Assembly: GCA_016235455.1 (NCBI GenBank)
Contig: JACRKZ010000068.1
Location: 1-64,000 of the forward strand
Source of the DNA: Armatimonadota bacterium
GTDB taxonomy: Bacteria > Armatimonadota > UBA10988
DNA length: 64,000 nt
Direction of reading: 5' to 3'
Below are positions 19,279 to 29,460 of this stretch, in pieces; positions within the stretch are counted from its first letter, which is position 1, and every line of letters starts with the position of its first letter. Under the pieces are notes generated by a model. The model saw nothing but the letters and a program-made list of their open reading frames with translations. It was not told where the DNA came from and ran no database searches. The position numbers were made by a program, and so were the translations under genes.

Positions 19279-20454
19279 CTACGCACCCAGGAACCGGCCC
19301 AGGCGGCGCAAGCCTTCCTCGATGTTGGCCATGGAGGCGGCATAGGACAGGCGGATGTAGTCGGGCGCGCCGAAGCCGTTGCCCGGCACGACGGCCAGCT
19401 TGGCTTCTTCCAGCAGGCGCGCGGCCAGGTCGTCGGCGGTCTGGCCAGGCTTCAGGTGCGCGCTGATGTTGGGGAAGGCATAGAACGCGCCGCCGGGCTC
19501 GTTACAGGTCACGCCGGGGATGGCGTTGAGGCCATCGACCATGACGCGACGGCGCGCCTCGAAGGCCACGCGCATCTCCTCCACCGGGCTCTGGTCACCG
19601 CGCAGCGCGGCCTCGGCGCCGGCCTGGGCGATGGAGGTCGGGTTGGAGGTCTCGTGGCTGGCGATGCGCGTCATGGCGGCGATGAGCGGCGTGGCGCCCA
19701 CGGCCCAGCCGATGCGCCAACCGGTCATCGAGTAGGCCTTGGAGCAGCCGTTGACGATGACCGTCTGAGCGCGAACGCTGTCGACCTGGGCGATGGAGAA
19801 CGAGCGCTCGCCGCCATACACCAGGTGCTCGTAGATCTCGTCGGAGATGACGGTAAAGTCGGGCTGCTGGGCCACCACCTCGGCCAGCGCGCGCAACTCC
19901 GCCTCGGAGTACATGGCGCCGGTCGGGTTGGAGGGCGAGTTGAGCACCAGGGCCTTGGCGTAAGGATAGGCGACCATGGCCTCCGCGAGCTGGGCGGGGC
20001 TGATCTTGAAGCCGGACTCGGGCGTTGTGGGCAGGATGATCGGCACACCGCCGGCCAGGCGGGTCATGTCGATGTAGCTCACCCAGTAGGGCGCCGGCAC
20101 GAACACCGCGTCGCCCGGATCGATGAGGGCCTGGAAGGTCAGGTAGAGCACATGCTTGCCACCGCAGCCGACGATGACGTTCTTGGGTTCGTAGTCCAGC
20201 CCGCTGTCGCGCCTGGTCTTCTCGACCACGGCGGCGCGCAGGCCCGGCGTGCCGGCGGACGGCGTGTACTTGGTCAGACCCTTGGCCAGCGCGGCGCGCG
20301 CGGCCTCCTTGATGGGCTCGGGCGTGTCGAAGTCCGGCTCACCGGCGGTGAAGCCGACGATGTCCTCGCCGGCGGCCTTGAGCGCGTTCACCTTGGCGGT
20401 CAGCGCCAGGGTCGGCGAGTCGGTGGCGGCCGCGGCGCGGCTGGACAGTCGCAT
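19279..20454 (-). CDS. aspC: Class I PLP aminotransferase (aspartate aminotransferase-like)
   Basis: GEPDFDTP, NSPSNPTG, SDEIYE, SKAYSMTGWRIG. Confidence 0.9.
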   Translation of the reverse strand: MRLSSRAAAATDSPTLALTAKVNALKAAGEDIVGFTAGEPDFDTPEPIKEAARAALAKGLTKYTPSAGTPGLRAAVVEKTRRDSGLDYEPKNVIVGCGGKHVLYLTFQALIDPGDAVFVPAPYWVSYIDMTRLAGGVPIILPTTPESGFKISPAQLAEAMVAYPYAKALVLNSPSNPTGAMYSEAELRALAEVVAQQPDFTVISDEIYEHLVYGGERSFSIAQVDSVRAQTVIVNGCSKAYSMTGWRIGWAVGATPLIAAMTRIASHETSNPTSIAQAGAEAALRGDQSPVEEMRVAFEARRRVMVDGLNAIPGVTCNEPGGAFYAFPNISAHLKPGQTADDLAARLLEEAKLAVVPGNGFGAPDYIRLSYAASMANIEEGLRRLGRFLGA

Positions 20455-20549
20455 GGTGCTCTCCTCTTGGTTGTTGCGTTCCCGAATAGAACCTGGCCGG
20501 CGCGCGGCTCTTTCATCGCGTCACGAACGTGACGCGCCGGCGGTGGGAA

Positions 20550-20632
20550 CGGAGGGAAAGGGATTCGAACCCTTGGAGCTTGCGCTCGACGGTTTTCAAG
20601 ACCGTTGCCTTAAACCACTCGGCCATCCCTCC
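20550..20632 (-). tRNA. tRNA-Ser (anticodon UGA); CCA not encoded
   Basis: GGAGGGA acceptor stem, TGGCCGAGTGG D-arm, ACGGT-CTTGAAA-ACCGT anticodon arm, long variable arm, GGTTCGAATCC. Confidence 0.95.
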
Positions 20633-20662
20633 AGCAGGTCCGCGCGAGCGGACCGAAGGGCC

Positions 20663-20671
20663 ATTATAGCA
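20663..20671 (-). promoter_or_regulatory. Extended -10 promoter (TGcTATAAT) for tRNA-Ser
   Basis: Perfect TATAAT with TG extension about 30 bp upstream of the tRNA in very GC-rich DNA. Confidence 0.6.
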
Positions 20672-20690
20672 AGGTCTGGCGCGTTGGCGT

Positions 20691-20730
20691 CGGGCGTGGG
20701 GGAAAAGCACGGGGTGTGCCCCCACGCCCG
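20691..20730. terminator. GC-rich hairpin downstream of rnpB (terminator or processing hairpin)
   Basis: 12-bp perfect arms CGGGCGTGGGGG / CCCCCACGCCCG; no clear U-tract. Confidence 0.4.
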
Positions 20731-20740
20731 GTGAAAGGGG

Positions 20741-21118
20741 GCGGAGACCAGGCCTGTAAGCCGGTTTCTGTCGAGGACGGTCATCTCTCTGGGACGGCCG
20801 TTACCGACCGCCTCGTGCACCCTACCCGGGGAATCGGCGGGCCGCGTCATCTTCCCCTGTCTGGGCTTGCTCCGAACGGGGTTTGCCGAGCACGACCGGT
20901 CACCCGGCCGCCTGGTGGGCTCTTACCCCACCGTTTCACCTTGACCGCAGCCGGCCTGGGCCGGCGGCGGCAGTTTGCTTTCTGTGGCACTTTCCGTCAG
21001 GTCGCCCTGCCTGGCCGTTAGCCAGCGTCCTTGCCCTATGGAGACCGGACTTTCCTCCAACCGGGCCGCGGCGCACGCGCCGCGGCGTCGGCCGGTGACC
21101 GCCCAGCCTGCTCTCCGC
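20741..21118 (-). ncRNA. rnpB: RNase P RNA (bacterial type A)
   Basis: GAGGAAAGTCCGG, GGAAAGTGCCACAGAAA, ACAGAAACCGGCTTA universal motifs; complementary P1 ends; TATACT -10 at 21126-21131. Confidence 0.95.
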
Positions 21119-21271
21119 GCCGGTCAGTATACCTCGGCTGGCGCGGTTGCCAGCGGACATGTCGGACCGGTGCGACAGGCCCCAGGGTCGCCCAGGCGCG
21201 CGGAGAGGACGCCATCGGGCCGATCACAGTCCGGATCTTGGGCTTATAATGGCCGCTCGGAGCGACAGAAC

Positions 21272-21898
21272 GTGCGGCGACGAATCGTATTGATGGGCGA
21301 AGAGATCCTGCGGCAGAAGGCCAAGCCGGTCAAAGTGGTGGACGCCTCGGTACGTCGACTGATCGACGACCTGACGGAAACCATGCACGCCGCCGACGGC
21401 CTGGGCCTGGCGGCGCCGCAGATCGGCGTGGGCCGGCGCGTGTTCGTCGCCCGCGATGGCGACCGGCTGTATGCGCTGGTCAACCCGCAGATCGTCGCGC
21501 GGCGCGGCAAGGAGGTCGGCGTCGAGGGCTGCCTGTCCATGCCGGGCCTGCAGGGCAACGTGCAGCGCGCCAAGGAGGTCACCATCCGCGGCCTGGACCG
21601 CGCCGGTCGCGAGGTGCAGTACGAAGTCAGCGGCCTGACCGCGCGCTGCTTCCAGCACGAGTTCGACCACCTCAACGGCGTGCTCTACGTCGACCACACC
21701 AAGGACCTGTGGTGGTTGGAGGAGGCCGAGCAGGGCGCCAAGGTGGAACTGCCCGAGGGCGACGAAGAGGCCGACCACTTCGAGGACGAGGACGGCCGCC
21801 GGGTCATCGTCGTGCGTGTGCCGACCACCCTGGCCGAAGCCGAGGCCTGGTTCCACGAGGAGATCGCGGCTCATCGCCGCGGGGAGTCGGTGGAGTGA
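21272..21898 (+). CDS. def: Peptide deformylase (acidic C-terminal extension)
   Basis: GLGLAAPQIG, EGCLS, QHEFDHLNG; TATAAT at 21245. Confidence 0.95.
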   Translation: MRRRIVLMGEEILRQKAKPVKVVDASVRRLIDDLTETMHAADGLGLAAPQIGVGRRVFVARDGDRLYALVNPQIVARRGKEVGVEGCLSMPGLQGNVQRAKEVTIRGLDRAGREVQYEVSGLTARCFQHEFDHLNGVLYVDHTKDLWWLEEAEQGAKVELPEGDEEADHFEDEDGRRVIVVRVPTTLAEAEAWFHEEIAAHRRGESVE

Positions 21899-22830
21899 AG
21901 GCTGTCTTCATGGGCACGCCCGAGATCGCCGTCGGCTGCCTCGCGGCCACGGCGCGGTGGGCGGTCGACGGCCTGCGCGTGGTCACCCAGCCCGACCGCC
22001 CGCGAGGTCGCTCGGGTCAGCCCGCGCCGTCGCCGGTCAAGCAGCGCGCGCTCGAGCTCGGGCTCGAGGTGGTGCAGCCGCAGCGGCTGCGCGGCAATGC
22101 CGAGTTTCTCCACTGGCTCAGCGCCGACCCGCCGGACGTCATGGTGGTGGTGGCCTTCGGCCAGATCCTGCCGGCCGACGTGCTGGCCGTGCCGCGGCAC
22201 GGCTGCATCAACGTGCATTTCTCGGCGCTGCCCCGCTATCGCGGCGCGGCGCCGGTGCAGCGTGCGATCATGGCCGGCGAGACGCAGACCGCCGTCGACA
22301 CCATGCTCATGGACGTCGGACTCGACACCGGCCCGGTGCTGATCAGCGAGCCCGTGACCATCGGTGCCGACGAAACCGCAGGTGAGCTGGCCCAGCGTAT
22401 GCAGGATCTGGCCCCCGAAGTCCTCGAGCGTACCTTGCGCGAGTGGACCGGCGGACGGCTGACGCCGCGGCCGCAGGACGATGCGGCGGCCTGTCTGGCG
22501 CCGCGGCTGGCCAAGGAGGACGGGCACATCGACTGGACTCGGCCGGCAACCGAGCTGGCCAACCGGATCCGCGGCGTGACTCCCTGGCCCGGCGCGACCG
22601 CCGAGGTGGCTGGCGAAGCGCTCAAGGTGCTCTCGGCCCGACCCGGCGAGGGTAGCGGCACGCCCGGCAGCATTCTCGCCATCGATGAATTGTGCGGAGT
22701 GCTTTGCGCGGCAGGCCAAGATGCGTTATGGTTGGGGACAGTACAGGTTCCCGGTCGCAAACCGGTAAGCGGAGCGGCCTACGCCCATGGTCGGCGGTTA
22801 CGCCAGGAGTGTAGCGGCAGTGGACGATGA
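21895..22830 (+). CDS. fmt: Methionyl-tRNA formyltransferase
   Basis: FMGTP, TQPDRPRGR, INVHFSALPRYRGAAP, GLDTGP. Confidence 0.95.
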   Translation: MKAVFMGTPEIAVGCLAATARWAVDGLRVVTQPDRPRGRSGQPAPSPVKQRALELGLEVVQPQRLRGNAEFLHWLSADPPDVMVVVAFGQILPADVLAVPRHGCINVHFSALPRYRGAAPVQRAIMAGETQTAVDTMLMDVGLDTGPVLISEPVTIGADETAGELAQRMQDLAPEVLERTLREWTGGRLTPRPQDDAAACLAPRLAKEDGHIDWTRPATELANRIRGVTPWPGATAEVAGEALKVLSARPGEGSGTPGSILAIDELCGVLCAAGQDALWLGTVQVPGRKPVSGAAYAHGRRLRQECSGSGR

Positions 22831-23173
22831 AGCCCGCCTTCAACAAGCCGACAAGCTGTGCTATGACGGCGACTATGACGCCGCCATCGCCGTCTATGAC
22901 GACCTGCTCGCCGGCAACCCAGGGCAATACCTGGCGCGGTTCGGCCGAGCCAAGGCATGGCTTTTCACCGGGCTGTTCGACGAGGCAATCGCCGAATTCG
23001 AGCAGCTTCGCGCCGACCACCCCGATTTCCTCAAGGGCCGCGTCGAGCTCTTCAAGAGCTACCTGATGTTGTCCATGGTGGATGAGGCCAAGGATGAGGC
23101 GCGTGCCATCCTCAAAGCCGATCCCGGCAACGAAGAGGTTCACAAGCAACTTATGTATCTGGGCGACCTTTGA
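22820..23173 (+). CDS. Tetratricopeptide-repeat protein
   Basis: GDYDAAIAVY..P, GLFDEAIAEF..P TPR pattern; coupled within the operon. Confidence 0.75.
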   Translation: MDDEARLQQADKLCYDGDYDAAIAVYDDLLAGNPGQYLARFGRAKAWLFTGLFDEAIAEFEQLRADHPDFLKGRVELFKSYLMLSMVDEAKDEARAILKADPGNEEVHKQLMYLGDL

Positions 23174-24462
23174 TCGACTCAAGCCGACGCGTTGCCGTCG
23201 AGGTTGTCGCACGCTGTGAGCAGGGCGCTTTCGCCGAGCGCGTTCTCGAACAAGCCCTGGCTCGCGCCAAGTATCCCCACTGGTCGACTCGCGCCACCGC
23301 GCTGGCCTACGGCACGCTGCGCCTGCGCGCCCGGCTCGACGCCGTGCTCGGGCCGTTCCTGTCGCGCCCGCTGGCCGAGGTCGATGCCCCGCTGCGCGCC
23401 GTGCTGCGAGTCGGCGCCTATGAACTGCTCTTTGCCGACCACGTCGAGACGGCCCAGGCCGTGCATGCGTTGGTCGAGCTGGCCAAGGATGAGAGCCGCG
23501 GCGGCCATGTGGGCCTGGGCTCGCTGACCAACGCCGTGCTGCGCAAGCTGGTGGCCAACGCCGACCAGCTGCGCGTCGAACCGCCGGGTCTGAGCATCGA
23601 CCAGCGGCTCGAGGGCTGGTGGTCGCTGCCACGCTGGGTGGCCGAGCGCTGGGTGCGACGCTGGGGCGAAGAGGGCGCGCTGGAACTGGCGCAAGCCGCC
23701 GGCACCGACCCGCATGTCCACCTGCGCGTCAACCGGTGCCGCACCGACCGCGAGCAGCTCCTGGCCCGCCTGACCGAGGCGGGAGTCCGGGCACGACCCA
23801 GCGCCTTGAGCCCGTGGGGCGTCCTGATTTCCGGTGGGCAGCCCGAGCGGCTGCCCGGCTTCGCCGAGGGCTGGTTCACCGTCCAGGACGAAGCCTCGGT
23901 GGCCATCGCCGAGCTCACCGGCGCGCAGCCGGGCCTGCGGGCCATCGACCTGTGCGCCGCACCGGGCAGCAAGGCTACGCAGTTGGCCGAGATGGGCGCC
24001 GAGGTGCTGGCCTGCGATATCCAACGCAAGCGACTGGCCCGCGTCGACGAGTCGGCGCTGCGCATGGGCCTGACCATCGAGACGCTGGTGGCCGACGCGC
24101 GCGAACTGCCGGGCAAAGTCGAGCCGGCGGACATCGTCCTGCTCGACGCGCCGTGCAGCGGCACGGGCACGCTGGCGCGCCGGCCTGATCTGCGCTGGCG
24201 GCTCGACGACGAGCGCCTGGCCGAGGTGCAGCGCCTGCAGCGCGAGCTGCTGGCCGCCGCGGCGCGGCTGGTCAAGCCGGGCGGGGTGCTGGTCTACTCG
24301 ACCTGCAGCCTGGAGCCCGAGGAAAACGACGAGCAGATGACCTGGCTGGCCCAAGTCGGCTCCGAACTGCTGCCTGATGGCCCGGCTGATGTCACACTGA
24401 AGCCAGTCGCCGGGCAACACGATGGCTTCTTTATGGCCCGGCGGCGCCGAGCCGAGACATGA
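23170..24462 (+). CDS. rsmB: 16S rRNA m5C967 methyltransferase
   Basis: NusB-like N-terminus, VQDEAS, DLCAAPGSK, DAPCSGTG, YSTCS. Confidence 0.92.
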   Translation: MIDSSRRVAVEVVARCEQGAFAERVLEQALARAKYPHWSTRATALAYGTLRLRARLDAVLGPFLSRPLAEVDAPLRAVLRVGAYELLFADHVETAQAVHALVELAKDESRGGHVGLGSLTNAVLRKLVANADQLRVEPPGLSIDQRLEGWWSLPRWVAERWVRRWGEEGALELAQAAGTDPHVHLRVNRCRTDREQLLARLTEAGVRARPSALSPWGVLISGGQPERLPGFAEGWFTVQDEASVAIAELTGAQPGLRAIDLCAAPGSKATQLAEMGAEVLACDIQRKRLARVDESALRMGLTIETLVADARELPGKVEPADIVLLDAPCSGTGTLARRPDLRWRLDDERLAEVQRLQRELLAAAARLVKPGGVLVYSTCSLEPEENDEQMTWLAQVGSELLPDGPADVTLKPVAGQHDGFFMARRRRAET

Positions 24463-25061
24463 ACGAGTTCGACATCGATGCCCGGCAGCTGCGGGTCGAC
24501 CGCGAGCAGGCCGAGCGCCACCGCCGCAGCCGGCTGATCGCGGGCCTGCTCCGCCAACTCCTGTTCGTGCTGGCGCTGTTCGCCATCATCCTGCTGCGCG
24601 TCTTCGTCATCCGCCCCGTCGAGGTGCAGCAGAACAGCATGGCGCCGACGCTGGCCGAGGGCGACCGCCTGCTGGTCAACACCTGGTCCACCCGCGCCGG
24701 CCTGCCGCCGCGCGGCACGGTGATCGTGCTGCAGAAGCCCCAAAGCGATGTCTTGGTTGTCAAACGCGTGATAGGCGTCGGGGGTGATAAACTGCGTCTC
24801 ACGCCCTACGGGGTGTGGCGCAACGGCAAACTGGTGGCCGAGCCGTACGTCAAGCCGTGGGATTACCTGCCGCTGAGCCTCACGGTGCCGGACGGGCAGG
24901 TCTTCGTGCTGGGCGACAATCGACCCCAGAGCGAAGACAGCCGCGACTTCGGCCCAGTGCCCGCGGCGAGCATTCTCGGCACGGCCGTCTATCGGTTCTG
25001 GCCGTGGCCCAAGCGCGGCCGATTGGCCGGACCGTCGACCGAGCCTGGGGCTCGGCCCTGA
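24459..25061 (+). CDS. lepB: Signal peptidase I
   Basis: TM, SMAPTL..GD, VKRVIG, GDNR..S.DSRDFG. Confidence 0.92.
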   Translation: MNEFDIDARQLRVDREQAERHRRSRLIAGLLRQLLFVLALFAIILLRVFVIRPVEVQQNSMAPTLAEGDRLLVNTWSTRAGLPPRGTVIVLQKPQSDVLVVKRVIGVGGDKLRLTPYGVWRNGKLVAEPYVKPWDYLPLSLTVPDGQVFVLGDNRPQSEDSRDFGPVPAASILGTAVYRFWPWPKRGRLAGPSTEPGARP

Positions 25062-25065
25062 GAGC

Positions 25066-25497
25066 GTGGAGAAGCAGAGCACGATGACACTCGCAATGTT
25101 CGGGACCTTGCTGATCGCCCTGGCCTTGGGCACGGCCGGCAACACGTTTATGAAGATGGGCCTCAACCGCCACGGGCAGATCGAGAGCATCGCCTCCCTG
25201 TTCGGCGCGCTCATGCAGCTGCGCATCATCATCGGGCTGGGCTTCTTCGTGGTCAGCAGCATGTTGTACCTGACCGTCATGTCCAAGATGCCGCTGAGCG
25301 TGCTCTACCCGATGGTCGCCCTCAACTACATCTTCGTGACCATTTCGGCCCGCTACTTCCTGGGCGAGCCGGTCAACGCCATGCGCGTCGTGGGCCTGTC
25401 GGTCATCGTGGCGGGTGTGGTCCTGGTCGGCTTGAGCCAGCAGTCGAAGCCGGCCGGCAACGGCACGGCCATGCCGCAGGTGGGCGAGCACGTCTAG
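25066..25497 (+). CDS. Small 4-TM EamA/SMR (ArnE/F-like) transporter
   Basis: Four hydrophobic helices, PLSVLYP, FLGE.V. Confidence 0.75.
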   Translation: MEKQSTMTLAMFGTLLIALALGTAGNTFMKMGLNRHGQIESIASLFGALMQLRIIIGLGFFVVSSMLYLTVMSKMPLSVLYPMVALNYIFVTISARYFLGEPVNAMRVVGLSVIVAGVVLVGLSQQSKPAGNGTAMPQVGEHV

Positions 25498-25509
25498 GTG
25501 GAGGGGCCC

Positions 25510-27357
25510 ATGGCAGAGCCGCCGGTCGAGACCCCCTCGCCCGACCCGGTCGACGCGCCGGACGTGCCCGCGCCGACAGCGCGCCCGTCGTTCTCGCGGC
25601 GCGAGCTGTCCTGGGCGCTAGGCTTCGCCGTGGCCATAGCCGTGCTGACCAGCCTGCCCTACCTGTGGGCGCTGATCACCCAGAAGTACGGCTATCAGTA
25701 TCTGGGGTTCGTCTACAACCCCGACGAGCCCAACGTGCACCTGTCCTGGATCCGCCAGGCCCAGGAAGGTGCGCTGTTCTTCCGCAACGAGTTCACCTCG
25801 GAGCCGCATGTCGGCCGCTTCTTCAACCTGTTCATGCTGGCGCTGGGCCGGCTGGCGGCGTTGGCGCACACCACTCCGTATGCGGTCTGGGCGGCCGCGC
25901 GCGTGGTGGCGGCCATCGCTCTGTGCCTGGCCATCTACGCCGCCATGGTCCCGTTGACGCGCAGCGTGCGCTTGCGGCGGCAAGGGGTCGTGCTGGTCGC
26001 CCTGTCGGCCGGACTCGGCTGGCTGGTCGTGGCCTGGGGGCTGGGCATCGACGCGGTGGACGTCGAGCCCAACCGCGTCATGCCCGAAGCCATCACCTTC
26101 CTCTCGCTCTACCTCAACCCGCTGTTCACCAGCTCCATGCTGCTGCTGCTCGGCGCCATGCTGCTGGGCGCCGACGCGTTGCGGCGTGAACGCTGGCTAC
26201 CAGCGGTCGGCGCGGGCCTGCTCGGGCTGCTGCTGGCCAATGTGCACACCTACGACGTCATCCCGCTGTGCCTCGTGCTGACCGCCTGGCTGATCGACCT
26301 GAGCGTGCGCGACGGCTGGCGCTGGCGCCGGTTCGGGCTGCTGGTCGTTGTCCTGGCGCTGCTGGGGCCGGCGGTGGTCTATCAGGCTCATCTCATCCAC
26401 GGCGACCCGCTGTATGCCGCCAAGGCCAACACCGTCACCGCCACGCCGCCACTGCTGGCCATGTTGCTCAGCTACGGGCTGCTGCTGCCGCTGGCCGTGG
26501 TCGGCGCACGGCGCACGCTGCGCATGCGCCTGGAGGCCGGCCGCTTCCTGTGTTACTGGGCGGTCCTGCACTTTGCCTGCATCTATCTGCCGGCCACGCT
26601 CTTCCCCTTCCAGCGGAAGATGATTGAGGGCTTCCATCTGCCGCTAGCGCTGCTGGCCACGCTCGGCGTGCGCCAGACGGCGCGCTGGCTGGCCCACGGC
26701 GTGGCCTGGCAGGCGACCGCGCCGCAAATGCGCAAGTATGGCCGGGCCTGGCCGGTGCTGGCCGACATGGCGGCACGCCGCCTGGCCTGGCAGAAGCCGC
26801 TGACCACGCTGATCCTCGCCGCGCTCATGCCGTCCAACCTGCTGTTCGTGCTGAGCACGCTGGACAACGTGCGCACCAACAACCAGGAGAAGATCAGCGT
26901 GCTCATGCCGCCCTTCTCCCTGCCGCAGACAGACCTCGCGGCGCTGGCCTGGCTGAAGCGCAATAGCGAGCGTGACAGCGTGGTGCTGTGCATGCCGCTG
27001 GTGGGCAACTACGTGCCGGCGCTCATCGGCCGCACGGTCTATGTCGGCCACTGGGCGGAGACCATCAACTACGGCACCAAGCTCAACGAGTTCGCCGCGT
27101 TCATGAAGGGCGACGGCAGCGCCGACGACAAGACCGCCTGGCTGCGTGAGAACCGCATCGCCTATCTGTTCATGGGCACCTACGAGACCGCTTGGACCGA
27201 CGGCCAGCACCCGCAGTTGCCCGTGCTGGAGCGCGTGTACCCGCCCGAAGGCAAGCTCGCCGCGCTGGAACTGCCGCCGGTGCAGATCTTCCGCGTCAAG
27301 CCCACGGAAGAGGCCAAGCCGCCGGCCGAAGCTACTTCACCTCGTCCCAACCCTTGA
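25510..27357 (+). CDS. Polytopic membrane protein, GT-C glycosyltransferase-like
   Basis: Acidic first loop NPDE after TM1, many TMs, C-terminal soluble domain (YVGHWAET). Confidence 0.55.
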   Translation: MAEPPVETPSPDPVDAPDVPAPTARPSFSRRELSWALGFAVAIAVLTSLPYLWALITQKYGYQYLGFVYNPDEPNVHLSWIRQAQEGALFFRNEFTSEPHVGRFFNLFMLALGRLAALAHTTPYAVWAAARVVAAIALCLAIYAAMVPLTRSVRLRRQGVVLVALSAGLGWLVVAWGLGIDAVDVEPNRVMPEAITFLSLYLNPLFTSSMLLLLGAMLLGADALRRERWLPAVGAGLLGLLLANVHTYDVIPLCLVLTAWLIDLSVRDGWRWRRFGLLVVVLALLGPAVVYQAHLIHGDPLYAAKANTVTATPPLLAMLLSYGLLLPLAVVGARRTLRMRLEAGRFLCYWAVLHFACIYLPATLFPFQRKMIEGFHLPLALLATLGVRQTARWLAHGVAWQATAPQMRKYGRAWPVLADMAARRLAWQKPLTTLILAALMPSNLLFVLSTLDNVRTNNQEKISVLMPPFSLPQTDLAALAWLKRNSERDSVVLCMPLVGNYVPALIGRTVYVGHWAETINYGTKLNEFAAFMKGDGSADDKTAWLRENRIAYLFMGTYETAWTDGQHPQLPVLERVYPPEGKLAALELPPVQIFRVKPTEEAKPPAEATSPRPNP

Positions 27358-29407
27358 TGCCGATGATCGGGAGCGCAAAGGCTGTGGCCTCGGCTTCCTG
27401 GGGAGTATCCAGCGCCTGGTAGACATACCAGATGGGCTTGCGGCCGCTGGGGTCGCCCGGCTCATCGGGGAACTTGCGCAGCCCGATACGCAGGCCGCCC
27501 TCGCCGCGGTTGTCCACCCAGTTGTGATAGTCGAAGGCCTCGATGCTGGGCAGCCGCCGGAGTTTGGCCCAGGTGTAGGCCATGCCCGCCGCCTGAGCCG
27601 CCAACTCCTTCTCGCTGTAGTCGCGCGAGTTGAGGCCCTGCTCGGTGAGGTGGACAGTGCGCGGCCGGCCGTGATAGAGCGCCCGTGGCTGACGCATCCA
27701 GGCATCCAGCACGTCCATGTTCTTGAAGGTGATCTTGGGCGTGTCGAAATCGGAGCGCACCTGCGTATCGGCCCAGACGCGCGGCTCGAACAGGTTCTGC
27801 GGGTAGGGATGATGGGCCAGCGCCCACTCGAAGTCGCCCTCGACGGCACATTGGGTGAGCAGGCAGTCAAGCAGGTCGCGGCCCGGATGGCAGCGCGGAT
27901 CCTGCTTCATCGTCCAGTGATGCTCCAGCGACACGAAGACCTTGGCGCCCGCGTCGTACTGCCGCGCGACGAGCCAAGCACAGCGCAGCGACCGCTGATA
28001 GAGGTCCATGTATTGCACGTCGGTCTTCTCGCCGGCGTTGGTCCAGATCCAGCCGGCATTGACCTCGTTGTGCAGGATCCAGTGGTGCACACGACCGTGG
28101 CCGCCCGCGGGGTCGCTGTAGCGCCGAGCCAGGTAGTCCAGCCCCGCGCAGTACGCCTCGACTCCCGCCTGGCTGGTCACGTCGGGCATGACGAAGATGC
28201 CCGCCGGATCGGCGTCGGGATGCGTCAGCAGGCGGCTGTAGCTGCCCGCCGGCGATGCGCCCGGCTGGCCGATGAGCACAATGACTGAGGTGATGACGCC
28301 GTGCTCGGCCAAGGCGCGGAAGGTGCGGTCGAAGCTGGCGATCTGGGAGTCGTGCGCGTACCAGGTGCGGCCGGCATACTCAAACGGCGACCAGCCCGCG
28401 GCCGGCGTGGTGGAGAAGAGCGAGTTGAGCACGAGGTTGACCGTGGCGTAGCTGATGCCCAGGTCGACCAGGTCGCTCCGCGGGCGCTCCAAGCCAAAGC
28501 CGCCCAACCCCTTGCGGCCGCTCGCCTTGGGCACGGGCAGGTCCCAGCGTGCCTGCACCTGGTCGGCATAGTGCGCGCTGGAGAGCAGTTGCCACGGCGC
28601 AGCATCTCCTTGGCGCGCGACTGCCCAGCGGCTGAGCAGGCGGTCGCGGGCGCCGTCGAGGCGCGGCACGCGCACGACGAACCGCCCAGCGGCGTCGGCG
28701 ACGATGGGATGCGGCCCGAGGAAGGCGGCCGGCTGGTCGGTGTCGACCCACATGGGCACTTCGACCAGGCTCGCGCCTTGCGCTCCGGCCAGCTCGCCGA
28801 CGACGAGGATGGCGTTGGCGTCGGCCCGCACGCTCGTCACCCGGGCCGGATACTCATGCCGCAGGTAGTCGCGTAGCCAGGCGTCGTTGCGCGCCAGCAG
28901 GTCCAGTCGGGCCTGGCGCTGCGCCGCCAACTCCTGCTCGCGGTCCGTCGGCGGGCGCAGCCTTGGGCTGCGCAGTTGGAGGGTACGGCCCGGCTGGTTG
29001 CCGAAGTCGAGGCGCAGGCTGCCGACCTGGCCACCGAGTTTGGTCAGCACCGGCGACAGGTCGAGCGCATGGCGCGACCAGCCCTCGCTACGCGACAGGC
29101 CGGGCCCCTTGACGCTGTTGGCCTCGCTCAGCGGCGGCTGGCAGAAGACCTGGAAGGCATCGGTGCCGGTGGCCGAGAAGAAGTCGAAGGCCAGCATAAA
29201 CGTGGCCCGCGGGTCGACCGGCGCGGTGAGCGGCGCGGTGAAGACATACGGGTCACCGCCGGTGGTGCGGATCTCCCAGCCGCCGTCGGGCAGCGGCGTG
29301 AGCTCGAGGTCGTGCGCGTTGGCCGCGACGAGAGTCAGCGGCACGGGGTTCTGCGCCATGGTCGCGCCTCCCAAGACCAAGCCCAGGCAGAGGGCGAGCA
29401 AGCGCAT
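27332..29407 (-). CDS. Secreted DUF5722-like protein (clan GH-A TIM-barrel-like)
   Basis: Signal peptide; WILHNEVN, HHPYP, LTEQG acid/base and nucleophile-like motifs. Confidence 0.7.
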   Translation of the reverse strand: MRLLALCLGLVLGGATMAQNPVPLTLVAANAHDLELTPLPDGGWEIRTTGGDPYVFTAPLTAPVDPRATFMLAFDFFSATGTDAFQVFCQPPLSEANSVKGPGLSRSEGWSRHALDLSPVLTKLGGQVGSLRLDFGNQPGRTLQLRSPRLRPPTDREQELAAQRQARLDLLARNDAWLRDYLRHEYPARVTSVRADANAILVVGELAGAQGASLVEVPMWVDTDQPAAFLGPHPIVADAAGRFVVRVPRLDGARDRLLSRWAVARQGDAAPWQLLSSAHYADQVQARWDLPVPKASGRKGLGGFGLERPRSDLVDLGISYATVNLVLNSLFSTTPAAGWSPFEYAGRTWYAHDSQIASFDRTFRALAEHGVITSVIVLIGQPGASPAGSYSRLLTHPDADPAGIFVMPDVTSQAGVEAYCAGLDYLARRYSDPAGGHGRVHHWILHNEVNAGWIWTNAGEKTDVQYMDLYQRSLRCAWLVARQYDAGAKVFVSLEHHWTMKQDPRCHPGRDLLDCLLTQCAVEGDFEWALAHHPYPQNLFEPRVWADTQVRSDFDTPKITFKNMDVLDAWMRQPRALYHGRPRTVHLTEQGLNSRDYSEKELAAQAAGMAYTWAKLRRLPSIEAFDYHNWVDNRGEGGLRIGLRKFPDEPGDPSGRKPIWYVYQALDTPQEAEATAFALPIIGIKGWDEVK

Positions 29408-29460
29408 GGCGATACCCCTAAGGGACCGCCAGCTTGGCTGGCGGTCCCTCGGCGGTTGAA

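Noticed and set aside
20550-20632. tRNA-Ser as an integration site for an island or prophage
   Set aside because: No integrase and no duplicated tRNA 3' end seen; flanks are housekeeping genes
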